From: an uncultured Holophagales bacterium
GTDB taxonomy: Bacteria > Acidobacteriota > Thermoanaerobaculia > Multivoradales > UBA5704
Direction: 5' to 3'
DNA: 64,000 bases
Assembly (NCBI GenBank): GCA_963842525.1
Contig: CAWJGT010000003.1
Location: forward strand, 768,001-832,000
Position 1 is the first letter of the stretch. Each line of letters begins with the position of its first letter. The notes beneath the pieces were generated by a model that had not been told where the DNA came from, did not search any database, and saw only the letters and a program-made list of their open reading frames with translations. This document shows, piece after piece, positions 49,542 to 59,347 of the stretch. The position numbers and the translations under genes were made by a program.

Positions 49542-50264
49542 ATGGCATTCCCTCCCACCCGCCGGTCCGTGGTGCTGGCGGCGCGCGATGCCGACCCGGA
49601 GGTCCGGCGGCAGGCTTTCGGGACGCTCGCCGAGAGCTACTGGAAGCCGGTCTACAAGTACCTCCGCATGAAGTGGCGGACGGACGGCGAGGAGGCCCGC
49701 GACCTGACGCAGGCGTTCTTCGTCCAGGCCCTCGAAAAAGGGACGTTCGACCGCTACGACCCGGACAAGTCTCGTTTCCGGACCTATCTGCGCATCTGCC
49801 TGGACGGCTTCGCATCCAACGAGCGCAAGACTGCCCGCCGCCTCAAGCGAGGCGGGGGAGCCGTCCCCTTGTCCCTCGACTTCGAGGGCGCCGAGGCCGA
49901 GCTTGCGCGGCAGAGCGCTGCCGAGGATCTCGGCCCCGAGGAGTACTTCCACCGCGAGTGGGTGCGCGCGCTTTTCGGCCTGGCGGTCGACGAGCTCCGC
50001 CGGCGGTGCGAGGCCTCGGGCCGGAGCGTCCACTTCGCTCTGTTCGAGCGGTATGACCTGGAGGGAAACGAAGGAGCGGAGCGGCCGACCTACGCCGAGC
50101 TCGCGGCCGAGCACGGCCTCACTGCGACCCAGGTCACGAACTGGCTCTTCGCGGTACGGCGGGACCTGCGCAAGATCGTGCTCGACAAGCTGCGCGAGCT
50201 GACCGGAAGCGAGTCCGAGCTGCGGACCGAGGCCCGCGACGTCCTCGGGATCGAGCTGCCGTGA
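49542..50264 (+). CDS. ECF sigma factor of the Ser/Thr-kinase-associated type
   Basis: FPPTRRSVV, YWKPVYKYLR, ARDLTQAFF, RFRTYL, FHREW, TYAELA. Confidence 0.85.
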   Translation: MAFPPTRRSVVLAARDADPEVRRQAFGTLAESYWKPVYKYLRMKWRTDGEEARDLTQAFFVQALEKGTFDRYDPDKSRFRTYLRICLDGFASNERKTARRLKRGGGAVPLSLDFEGAEAELARQSAAEDLGPEEYFHREWVRALFGLAVDELRRRCEASGRSVHFALFERYDLEGNEGAERPTYAELAAEHGLTATQVTNWLFAVRRDLRKIVLDKLRELTGSESELRTEARDVLGIELP

Positions 50265-50288
50265 GGTGGATCGGAGCGTCTCCTGGCC

Positions 50289-51656
50289 TCAACCCTGCGT
50301 GGGCTTGAGGTGTTTCAGCGGAGAGTCGGCGAGCAGGGTTTCGAGCTTTCCGATCTGCTCCTGGGTCGAATCCTTCATCCACGGCTCGAGAGCCGCCGCG
50401 TATGCCTCTTCCAGGGCTGATTGTCCGCGTGCCTCATCACCAAGGCCCAGATAGGCTTCGGCCCTCGTCGCCAGCACCCAATACCTGTCGGCGCCTTGCG
50501 GGGCTTGATCGGACTCCAGCCATCGTTCGCAGATGGTGAGGACCTCCTGGCGCACACGGCGTGCCTGCACGAAATCGGCGATCGCTTCCGCCGGGTCGGT
50601 GGCATGCGCGGCCCTGACGTTGAGCAGGTAGGCGAAGTTGATCCCATTGTAATGATCGTTGCGCAGGTAGAAGCCGCGCTCATAGCCGCGTATGGCTTCG
50701 TCGATGTTCATGCTGTCCTTCGTCAGATCCCAGAGCCGCTTGTGCACCGAGCCCCAGAGACCGAGCGTTTCGGTGTCATTGGACGTCTCGGGATTCAGGG
50801 TGGCGAGCAGCTCGCGTGCTTCCTTGAGCGCCGCCTCTTCGGAGGGGTACTTGCTCTTATAGGTGATGAGGGCGAGGCGCTGGATGATGTAGGGGTCCTC
50901 GGTCCTTCCGGGTGCCTCGGTCTTCATCATGCCGCGAATGAAGGCAAGGAAGTTCTTCGCTGCGATGAAGTCGCCTTTCTTCTGCGCCTCGTCCACCTGC
51001 TGCATCAGGAGGCTGTGGGTCGCCTTGGCCTCTGGGGCCGGGCCGCCATCCTGTGCGGAACGTCCCTCCGGCCCCTTATCGGACTTTGCCACCGCCGCGG
51101 CGACAACCTGCGCGGCGGCTGCGAGGATCGGAGGGGTGAGACGGCTCAGGAACGTGTAGACGGGGCTGTCTTTCTTGGCTTCGGGATCCTTCTTCAGGAT
51201 CTCGACGATGGCCTCGGTGAGGAGCTGACGGAACCGCATCACCTCGTCGAAACCGATGTCCTCTCCCAGATGGTGATACTGCCGGACTGCGACGTGATTG
51301 ACGTCAAAGGGGAAGGTTTTGATGCCATCCTCGGCGATGACGACCGTGGTGTACGGGCGCAGCGCATGGCGCACGCCGAGCTCGTAGAACGCGTTCTTGT
51401 TCGACGTCGAAAGGTCGGCGACGACGACGTCCGCGTTCAGGAGCTGCTCGTACATCGGCACGTCGATCAGGCCGGAATGCACGATCTCGTCGGCGCGGAT
51501 ACATTTCAATCCCGCAGCTTCGACGGCCGGCTTGATCATGTTCTTGTAGGATCTGTCGAGATCGAGGGTACGACCGGTCTCGAAGTCCGTCTTCTTGCCG
51601 AATCCCATCACGACGAAGCATGTTCCGGTGGTATTCTCGGGGGTTCCGCTAGGCAT
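50289..51656 (-). CDS. DUF4071/MAP3K TRAF-binding-like protein (NDT-like N-terminus + TPR-S repeats)
   Basis: CFVVMGFG..IKPAV..RADE..ADLSTSNKNAFYELGVRHA..PFD; ETLGLWGSVHKRLW, YNGINFA, YWVLATRAEA. Confidence 0.78.
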   Translation of the reverse strand: MPSGTPENTTGTCFVVMGFGKKTDFETGRTLDLDRSYKNMIKPAVEAAGLKCIRADEIVHSGLIDVPMYEQLLNADVVVADLSTSNKNAFYELGVRHALRPYTTVVIAEDGIKTFPFDVNHVAVRQYHHLGEDIGFDEVMRFRQLLTEAIVEILKKDPEAKKDSPVYTFLSRLTPPILAAAAQVVAAAVAKSDKGPEGRSAQDGGPAPEAKATHSLLMQQVDEAQKKGDFIAAKNFLAFIRGMMKTEAPGRTEDPYIIQRLALITYKSKYPSEEAALKEARELLATLNPETSNDTETLGLWGSVHKRLWDLTKDSMNIDEAIRGYERGFYLRNDHYNGINFAYLLNVRAAHATDPAEAIADFVQARRVRQEVLTICERWLESDQAPQGADRYWVLATRAEAYLGLGDEARGQSALEEAYAAALEPWMKDSTQEQIGKLETLLADSPLKHLKPTQG

Positions 51657-51782
51657 CTCTATGTCCCTTCCAGGTCGTGACGGTGAGCGCCGCGAGCGTG
51701 TTCCCTCATTCTACAGCGTAGCTGGCCCGCCAGGAAGGCCGCCCGGCCAGGACGGGCCGCTTCTCACCGTATAGTCGAGGGC

Positions 51783-52883
51783 ATGTGGATCTCCGACGAC
51801 TCCCTGCGTCATCTGCGGGAGGTGACCGACCGTCCCGAACTGTCGGGCACCCGCTACGAGCTCGTCGAGACGATCGGACGCGGCGGCATGGGGACGGTCT
51901 GGCTCGCCCGCGACCGCGATCTCGACCGGGAGGTGGCGCTCAAGGTGGTCCACCTGCCCGAAGGAGAGGGCCAGGAGACCGAGAGGATGCTCCGCGAGGC
52001 GCGCATCCTCGCCCGCCTCGAGCACCCGGGCATCGTGCCGGTCCACGACGTCGGCCTCCTGCCGGACGGCCGCGTCTTCTACGCGATGAAGCGGGTGCGC
52101 GGGAGCCGTCTGGACGAGCACGCCCGGACCCTTCCCCTGACCGGCCGGCTGCGCGCCTTCGAACGGATCTGCGAGGCGGTCGCTTTTGCTCACGCCCATG
52201 GGGTCATTCATCGCGATCTCAAGCCCGAGAACGTGATGGTCGGACCGTTCGGCGAGGTGCTGGTGCTGGACTGGGGGGTGGCGAAAGACCTCACCCCCTG
52301 TCCCCCTCTCCCATCGCCCCCCCTTCCGCCGGGAGAGGGGGAACGCAGTTGGTGCTCTGAGAAGGTAGCTTGCAGTACACCCTCAGGGATTTCCTCCTCA
52401 AAAAGCCTGGACCTCGCCGGCAAACCTGAGCTGGGTCCCCCCTCTCCCGGCGGAAGGGGGGGCGATGGGAGAGGGGGACAGGGGGTGAGGTCTTCGACCG
52501 CCCATGGTACAGTCCTCGGCACGCCGGGATACATGGCGCCTGAGCAGGCGCGGGGCGAGGTGGAGCGGATCGACGAGCGGACGGATGTGTATGCGCTTGG
52601 CGCGATCCTCGCCTACCTGCTGGCGGGCGAGGAGCCGGTGCACCGGCCGCTTGATGCCATCCGCCGGCGGGCCATGGCCGAGGCGCCGGAGCAGCGCTAT
52701 CCGGGCGTGCAGGAGCTGGCAGCCGACCTCTCCCGGTACCTGGCCGGGCTGGCGGTCTCGGCCCACCGGGAGGGGCTCCTCGAGCGGGTGGGACGGTTCG
52801 TCCGCCGCTACCGGACCCCGATCCTGCTCATCCTCGCCTACCTGCTGGTGCGCGCCATCCTCCTCCTCGTGCTCGGCCGCTGA
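51783..52883 (+). CDS. Hanks-type Ser/Thr protein kinase with a 70-codon insertion in the activation loop
   Basis: GRGGMG, VALK, HRDLKPEN, DWGVAK..GTPGYMAPE, DVYALG; C-terminal TM helix. Confidence 0.92.
   Translation: MWISDDSLRHLREVTDRPELSGTRYELVETIGRGGMGTVWLARDRDLDREVALKVVHLPEGEGQETERMLREARILARLEHPGIVPVHDVGLLPDGRVFYAMKRVRGSRLDEHARTLPLTGRLRAFERICEAVAFAHAHGVIHRDLKPENVMVGPFGEVLVLDWGVAKDLTPCPPLPSPPLPPGEGERSWCSEKVACSTPSGISSSKSLDLAGKPELGPPSPGGRGGDGRGGQGVRSSTAHGTVLGTPGYMAPEQARGEVERIDERTDVYALGAILAYLLAGEEPVHRPLDAIRRRAMAEAPEQRYPGVQELAADLSRYLAGLAVSAHREGLLERVGRFVRRYRTPILLILAYLLVRAILLLVLGR
52285..52494. mobile_element. 210-bp palindromic element with perfect 57-bp inverted arms, in frame inside the kinase
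   Basis: AAGACCTCACCCCCTGTCCCCCTCTCCCATCGCCCCCCCTTCCGCCGGGAGAGGGGG and its exact reverse complement ending at 52494. Confidence 0.92.
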
Positions 52884-52969
52884 GGCGGGGCCTCAAAGGA
52901 ACCGCGGAGGACGTTGAAGAGGAGAGTGTCGGATATCGAACGACCTCAATCCATAGGGAGAGAACGCGC

Positions 52970-53836
52970 ATGAACAAACCAGTCCTCGGCCTCCTGCTGG
53001 GCGGCATTCTCGGCATCTTCGACGGGCTGTCCGCCCTGCTCTCGGCTCCGGAGACGGCGCCGGACATCCTGGGCATCGTCATCGGCTCCACGATCAAAGG
53101 GCTGATCGCGGGCGTCCTCATCGGGTATTTCGCCCGCAAGGTGAATTCCCTGCCGCTCGGCATCCTCTTCGGTCTCCTGGTCGGCGCCTTCCTGGCCTTC
53201 TGGGTGGCCTTCCTGCAGGGCCAGTACTACCTGGAGATCATGCTCCCCGGGAGCCTCGTCGGAGTCATCGTGGGCTACGCCACGCAGAAGCACGCCGAAG
53301 CGCGGAAGTCCGTCGCGGCGGCGCTCATCCTGCCCCTGTTGCTCCTCGCCTCGACCGCCCAGGCTGGAGAGCCTGCCGGGGGGCTGGACGCCAAGGCCGC
53401 TTTCGACGTGCTCAAGGGCCTGGCCGGCACATGGGAAGGGACGGCTGAAGGGCAGAGCCCAATCCCCTTCAAGACCATCTTCAGAGTCACCGCCGCCGGG
53501 AGCGTGGTGGAGGAGACCCTCTTTGCCGGCACCGACCACGAAATGATCAACATGTACCGCGTCAATGGCGACGAGCTGCGGGTCACCCACTACTGCGCCG
53601 CGGGCAACCAGCCCGAGATGACCCTCGACCGTTCGGCCTCCCGGCCCGACGACCTCGTCTTCGCCTTCGCCGGCGGCACCGGCTTCGACCACTCCAAGGA
53701 CATGCACATCCACGGCGGCCGGATCACCCTGAAAGGCGACGCGATGGACATCGCCTGGGCGGCCTGGGCGGGAGGCAAGGAGGCCGGGGTCAACCGCGGC
53801 ACGCTCAAGCGCGCGGGCGGGGCGGCGGGACGGTAA
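52970..53836 (+). CDS. Membrane protein (4-5 TM) fused to a beta-barrel-like THYC domain
   Basis: Hydrophobic N-terminal half; LAGTWEG..EMINMY..VTHYCAAGNQP. Confidence 0.65.
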   Translation: MNKPVLGLLLGGILGIFDGLSALLSAPETAPDILGIVIGSTIKGLIAGVLIGYFARKVNSLPLGILFGLLVGAFLAFWVAFLQGQYYLEIMLPGSLVGVIVGYATQKHAEARKSVAAALILPLLLLASTAQAGEPAGGLDAKAAFDVLKGLAGTWEGTAEGQSPIPFKTIFRVTAAGSVVEETLFAGTDHEMINMYRVNGDELRVTHYCAAGNQPEMTLDRSASRPDDLVFAFAGGTGFDHSKDMHIHGGRITLKGDAMDIAWAAWAGGKEAGVNRGTLKRAGGAAGR

Positions 53837-53871
53837 CGGGAGCTGCTGAACGTTCTCCTCGGAGGTGAACC

Positions 53872-54892
53872 ATGCGGCCCGTCCTTCTGATCCTCGCACC
53901 ACTGCTGCTCGCGGCACCCATCCAGGCCCAGACGGCCGCTTCCACCGCGGCGCAGGCCGAAGCGCCGGCCTATCGCACGGAGGACGTCCGCTATCCGAGC
54001 GGGCCGCTCACCCTGGCCGCCCTCCTGATGCTGCCGCCGCTCTCGCCGGAACGGGTCCCGGCCGCGGTCATCGTCCAGGGATCGGGAGCCAGTGACCGGT
54101 CGAACGCCTGGGCGCGCTCCATCGCCGAGGAGCTCGTGCGCGCAGGCGTTGCCGTCCTCCTCACGGACAAGCGGGGCAGCGGGGCCTCCGAGGGAGACTG
54201 GCAGACCGCGGACTTTTCCGACTTGGCCGGCGATGCCCTGTCTGGCGTCCGCTTCCTTCGTGGCCGGCCGGAGATCGACCCGGGCCGCGTGGGCCTCGTG
54301 GGGCTCAGCCAGGGCGGATGGATCGTCCCGCTCGCCGCGGCCCGCTCGACCGATGTGGCCTTCGTGATCGACATCTCCGGCGCGGCGGTCAGCTTCGCGG
54401 AGCAGTCCTTCACCGAGATGGGCAATACCGCGCGCCAAGCCGGCCTCCCCGAAGAGCAGGTCCGCGAGGTCCTGGAGCTCAACCGAGCCGTGGCCGAATA
54501 CCTCCTGACGGGCGCTTGGGAACGCTATCGTCAGGCTCGGGAGCGGGCGTTGCAAAGACCCTGGGGCAAGATCGCCGCCGGTTTTCCGGACTCGCCGGAT
54601 CTCCCCCTCTGGACCTTCTTCCGCGGTGTGGCCGGCTACGATCCCATGCCCTACTGGATCCAGCTCACCGAGCCGGTCCTGGTGGTCTACGGAGAAGCTC
54701 GACGAGCAGGACAACGTGCCCGTGAAGGAGAGCGTCCGCCGGCTCGAGCACGCCTTCGGGGCCGCCGGCAAGCGGAACCACCGCATCGTCGTCATCCCGG
54801 GCACAGGCCATGCCCTGACCGATCCGCAAGGGCGGGAGCTGATGCCCGCCTTCGTGGAGGTCTTGCGTTCCTGGCTGAAGGAGAACGTCTGA
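53872..54892 (+). CDS. Secreted alpha/beta hydrolase (S9/S15-like); frameshift near 54695
   Basis: Signal peptide, QGSG, DKRGSG, GLSQGG; second frame DEQDNVP..PGTGH. Confidence 0.85.
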
Positions 54893-54919
54893 GGCGTGCT
54901 TTGCGTCATCTTTGACCTC

Positions 54920-55471
54920 CTACCGGAAGAAGGTGTCCCACCAATCAAATTCTGGTGCATCGCGGCGCGGATAGAAGCGGGCGCGCTGCCGCACCGCTCG
55001 GAGTATTTGACCGATCTCACCTTGGGGCGCTCGGGAGAGGCGGGCCCATTCATGGACAAGCTCAGGAGTCTGCACCACAGAGACTCGATGCGTCAGCCCG
55101 TCGAGGAGGCGGAGAGCCTTGCGGTCGTCGGTCGCTACAGCGCCTCCGCGTGTCACAGCCAGAGCACAGATCGACGCCTCGCCATCGTCCAGATCGATCG
55201 CGAAGCGAACGAATCCGGCGATCTCCTCCTCGGAGGACAAATCCAGAATTGCAAGATTCAAGCTTTCCAACCGCTCCGGAGACATGACCTCTCTGCCGGT
55301 TTCGCCGGTCTGCGCGATCGACAGGATCTCCTTCGTTGCCACGAGACGCGAGGTGGCGAAATCATAGGGGAGGGTCTGCAGGATCTCCTGGATCCGTCCG
55401 GTGGCAAAGAGATTGATGAGGCAGCAGGCGTCCAACAAGAGCAGTGAGCCCTGCGGGAGGTCTCTGGGCAT
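54920..55471 (-). CDS. PIN-like domain protein
   Basis: LLLDACCLINL, LDDGEASICALA, VATDDRKA. Confidence 0.75.
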   Translation of the reverse strand: MPRDLPQGSLLLLDACCLINLFATGRIQEILQTLPYDFATSRLVATKEILSIAQTGETGREVMSPERLESLNLAILDLSSEEEIAGFVRFAIDLDDGEASICALAVTRGGAVATDDRKALRLLDGLTHRVSVVQTPELVHEWARLSRAPQGEIGQILRAVRQRARFYPRRDAPEFDWWDTFFR

Positions 55472-55488
55472 CTTGTGAGACGGCTGTC

Positions 55489-56706
55489 CTATCGACCGGC
55501 CGAGCCCAGAAGGGGTGTCCTGAGATCGAATGCATCACCGCGCTCGTCCCCTTCGATGGCTGACGCCTCGAGGCGTTGACTTCTTTCCCGTGCTCCCAGG
55601 CGATCCGTACGCAAAAACCGCGCGAGCTGCCCTTCGCTGAGCTGTTCCTGCTGCCAGGCTTCGACCGCCAAAGCGATATAGCGGGCAGGAAGGGGCTCTT
55701 CGTCGGGATGAATCGGCGCGAGCCCCAGGAATCTCTGGGCCTCACGATCTCGGAACCGTTCCTGCCGCAGACGGTCCCAGGTGCCTGCGGGCATCAGCCG
55801 CAGCGCCTCGAGCCTGCGGGTCATTGCCTCCACAGGGACGGCGTAGAAATGAGCGAGCCGCCAGAGGTCTCCATGGGTCATCCCTTGCGGGCGTTCGCGT
55901 TCGAGCTCCAGGTACCGCCGCCGCAGGCCCGATGCAGGCATCAGGAACGCCCTTGCGAACGCCTCGGCAAACCTCTCCCCGACGGGCCTGCGCTCGTAGC
56001 GTGCCTCGAAAGTGAGGGCCGGCCGGTAGCGGACGGTCAGGAAATGGCCAAGCTCATGGGCGAGGCTCAACCGCCGGCGTTCCGGCGGGTGGCAGAGATT
56101 GACGGCAATGCAGCCTCCGGAAGCTTCCGTGAAGGCGAACAAACCCGCCACTTGCGGCGGCAGCGTGAGTTGGAAGACTCGGAGGCCCACGTCTGCTTCG
56201 AGGACCTCCCGAAGGTTCACGAGCGATCCTTCGCCCAGGCCGAGCCGGTTCCGCTCGGCATCTGCGACGTCCTCTGCGGCCAGCTCAGGGTCGATTCCCT
56301 GGATGTCGTACTCTGCCGGGTAGCGCCGCCGAAGAGGAGCCTGGCAAAGCTCCTCGAGATGGATGTAATCCTCGCAGAGCCGCTGAAGCTCTTCGATCGA
56401 CGAGAGCAGGTCCGCATCGGCCGGAGCGCCTGACGGCAAGAGCCCTCGAAGCTGGAGGGCGAGTCCCTCCGCCGGTGCACCCCGCTGCAGAAGGTCAGAG
56501 ACGTTTCGCCCCAAGAGGGAGGAGATCTCGACGAGCTCCCCCGGTTTGAGTCGCCGCTCTCCCTTCTCGATGGCCACGATCGTGGTCCGTGCCATCCCCA
56601 GCCGGTCAGACATCTGCTGCTGGGTCCAGCCGCGAGCCTCGCGGGCCTCGCGAACACGAGCACCCAGCGCCCGCGGCTCCACGGCGTCGAGCGGGTTTTC
56701 GCTCAT
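55489..56706 (-). CDS. XRE-HTH + ImmA/IrrE metallopeptidase
   Basis: GARVREAREARGWTQQQMS..IVAIEKGER; RRLSLAHELGH (HExxH); ERFAEAFARAFLMP. Confidence 0.88.
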   Translation of the reverse strand: MSENPLDAVEPRALGARVREAREARGWTQQQMSDRLGMARTTIVAIEKGERRLKPGELVEISSLLGRNVSDLLQRGAPAEGLALQLRGLLPSGAPADADLLSSIEELQRLCEDYIHLEELCQAPLRRRYPAEYDIQGIDPELAAEDVADAERNRLGLGEGSLVNLREVLEADVGLRVFQLTLPPQVAGLFAFTEASGGCIAVNLCHPPERRRLSLAHELGHFLTVRYRPALTFEARYERRPVGERFAEAFARAFLMPASGLRRRYLELERERPQGMTHGDLWRLAHFYAVPVEAMTRRLEALRLMPAGTWDRLRQERFRDREAQRFLGLAPIHPDEEPLPARYIALAVEAWQQEQLSEGQLARFLRTDRLGARERSQRLEASAIEGDERGDAFDLRTPLLGSAGR

Positions 56707-56801
56707 GGACGAGAGTCTGCGCTCTGCTTCTGACAATGTCAAGCATCTATGAGATGTAGTCCGGCTTAATGTCAGAGTAGCTGACGCCTCCGAGGCGGGC
56801 T

Positions 56802-57283
56802 CTACTCCCCGACGAGCGCGAGAGCCTTGTCGCGAAGGGAGACGGAAAGGTACCTGCCCTCAGCGACCAGGTTTTCGACGATGGGACGGGCGTGAGCGAT
56901 CATCCCATCCTCTTGGCTGAGAGCACGATCCCGAGCGTTCCGATGACAGGGATCTGCAGAGCTTGCGCACACCGCCGCCCCTCGAAGTCGTCCAGGATGG
57001 CCATGCTCCCGGGATGGGACAGCGCCCAGGCGAGAACCGCAGATTCGCCTGCTCCGAGCTCAAGGCTGGTGATCTGCGGCGGGATCTGCGGGTCGGGGAC
57101 TGGAGTCAACCAGGCGTGGTGCTCGACAGCCTGGGCCGTCTCGTCCGACTCCTTCGCCCGGATCTCTGCAAGGACAGTTGCCGGAATGGCAACAGCAGGT
57201 CCGAGGGTTTTGAGGAGGTCGAGCTGACGGGCTCGGGATAGATGGATCAGGGGTGAGGCATCGATGACCGGCGCCTCAGCCAA
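56802..57283 (-). CDS. DUF3368 PIN toxin (frameshift near 56900)
   Basis: VIDASPLIHL, LGAGESAVL, LDDFEGRRCA, GTLGIV; second frame ends KALALVGE. Confidence 0.8.
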
Positions 57284-57527
57284 GCCCGATCTCCCGTTTC
57301 AAATCCTCGAGGTCCACCTGGATGACGTCGATCTTGCGTGCGGCGAGCTCGTCGATGAAGTCTGCCCGGGTGAGGCCGGCGATCTCCGCGGCGCGGCCTT
57401 GGGAGATGGCTCCGCGCCGGTACCACTCGATTGCGATGGCGAGACGCGCGTCCTTTTCAACCTCGTCCAGGGATTGGTGGAGTGCGGAGAGAACTCCTTC
57501 CGGGATTTCGATGCTCAGTATTGCCAT
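57276..57527 (-). CDS. UPF0175-family antitoxin
   Basis: LAIAIEWYRRGAISQGRAAEIAGLTRADF. Confidence 0.85.
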   Translation of the reverse strand: MAILSIEIPEGVLSALHQSLDEVEKDARLAIAIEWYRRGAISQGRAAEIAGLTRADFIDELAARKIDVIQVDLEDLKREIGLG

Positions 57528-57569
57528 GGTCTGCTCCCTGGACATCTTCCCATGCATGCTGCCTTGGGT

Positions 57570-58608
57570 TCAATGCCGGTCCCGCTTCCCATACCACCCC
57601 TTCAGCACCTCGAACGCCGGCTTGCCGAGGGGGCTGAAGGATTCGTCCTGCGGACCTCCTTGGCCGTGGCTGGGCCATTTCCACCAGAAGAGGCCAGCCA
57701 GCCAGGGCTCGCGGTAGAAGGCCTTGAAGACCACCTCGTAACAGCGGGCCTGCATCGCCGGATCGAGGGGCGCGTTGTCTTCCTTCCAGGGCTCGACCGC
57801 GGCGGCGGCGCTTGCGGCATAGCCGACTTCGGTAAAGAGGACGGGCTTGCGATGGCGGCGGGCCATGGCGGCGAGCTTTGTCCGCAGCTCGCGCAGGCGC
57901 TTCGAGCTTGCGCTCGGCTTCTCGCCGGGCGCGGCGAGCGGGTAGTACATGTTGAGGCCGAGGAAGTCGAGAGCGTCCCAGAAGGGCATGACCTCGAAGT
58001 CGTCCGCCCAGTTGGCGGCGTAGGTGAGCGGGCCGGAATAGACGCGGCGGATGTCGCGGATCAGCCCCCGCCAGGCCGCCTGGTGCCGGGTGACGCCTCC
58101 GAGCTCGGTGCCGATCACCAGCAGCGTCCACGCGCTCGCGCTGGGCGAGGCCGGCGTGATGGAGCATCCAGCGCCGGTAGTCCTCGAACCATTGATCGAA
58201 ATCCTTTTCGTTCGCGAAGACGATGTGCCCTGTGAAGACGCCGCGGCTCCAGAGCTGCGGCTTCAGCATGACCTTCAGCCCCAGCTCGTGCGCCTGGCGG
58301 ATCGCCCGCGCCACCCGCTCGTCGGTCTCGTCGACTCCGCGATAGCGGATGGTGAGCTCGGCCGGGGCGCGGGTGAAGGCGTAGGGGACGATCGCCACCG
58401 CGTTCGCTCCCAGGGCGCGGATGCGGGCGAGCTGCTCGCGGGCAGTGTCCGAGCCATAGCCGTGCTGCCCGCCGACCTCATGAGAGAACGAGATCCCGCG
58501 CAAAAACCCCGGCGCGAGGGGGATCGCGGGGGCCGAAGCTTGCGGGCTCGCTCCGACCAGAACGAGCGCGGCGCAGAGAACCAGGGTGCCCTTGGCTGCT
58601 GCCTGCAT
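57570..58608 (-). CDS. Secreted GH113-like (TIM-barrel) glycoside hydrolase; frameshift near 58125
   Basis: GANAVAIVP, GLKVMLKPQLW; IGTEL, YSGPLTYAANW, FWDALD, LFTEVGY, GLFWWKW. Confidence 0.8.
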
Positions 58609-58635
58609 GCACCGAGGCTATCGCAGACGTGCCCC

Positions 58636-58842
58636 TCAGCGCAGAGCTTCCCCGATCCTTCGGCCCTGCCGGGCAAGACCCTGGAGCTCGCGCATCTCGT
58701 CCACGGTCTTTTCCAACCAGCGAAGCCGTTCCGCGGGAGTCAGCCGGAGCCCGAGCCGGATGTGGTGACGGCGAGCTCCTCCAAAATCCCAGACGTCTTC
58801 TTGGCGGTCGGCTTGGCCTTCAGGCCTCGATGGTCCAGTCAC
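58636..58842 (-). CDS. Small antitoxin-like protein
   Basis: LRLTPAERLRWLE motif resembles the small partners of NTase genes; no partner present. Confidence 0.45.
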   Translation of the reverse strand: MTGPSRPEGQADRQEDVWDFGGARRHHIRLGLRLTPAERLRWLEKTVDEMRELQGLARQGRRIGEALR

Positions 58843-59330
58843 GGAGCCTTCTCTCCGAGCTCGACCACCACCTCCTGGTCGGCTGTGAGCATTACGTCCT
58901 GCTCGGAAAGGACCGAGCCGTCGGGCATCCAGACACGCAGCCGGTAGAAGCCAGACCGGAGGCTGGGGATGCGGAACGTGCCGCTGTCGAGCGGAGGGAC
59001 CGTGGAAGCCAAGACCCTACCGTCGCGCAGGAGCGCGACCTGCAGGGGCATGTTGGGGCCGTCCAGCACGCGGCCGGAAAGGGTGAGGTCCCCGGTTGCG
59101 AAGTCGAGGTCCAGGACGGCCTCTCGGGTGTCCGGCGGCACCTGCACGCGTCCGCTTGCCACGAGGTCCACGAGGGAGGGGTGGCCGTCGAGAGGCAGAC
59201 TGGCCGTCACCTCCCAGCTCCCGGGCTCGAGATCGGTGAGGCGATACCGGCCGTCCAGGTCCACTTCGCCTCGCAACTCGGGCAGTTGCTGCCCTCGGTC
59301 AGGGATTGGCCGGAATTCCAAGCCGCGGAG
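58839..59330 (-). pseudogene. 3' fragment of a carboxypeptidase-regulatory-like (beta-sandwich) repeat gene
   Basis: DGRYRLTDLEPGSWEV, LSGRVLD, SGTFRIPSLRSGFYRL; no clear start codon. Confidence 0.55.
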
Positions 59331-59347
59331 TGAAAAACTCTGTGGGA

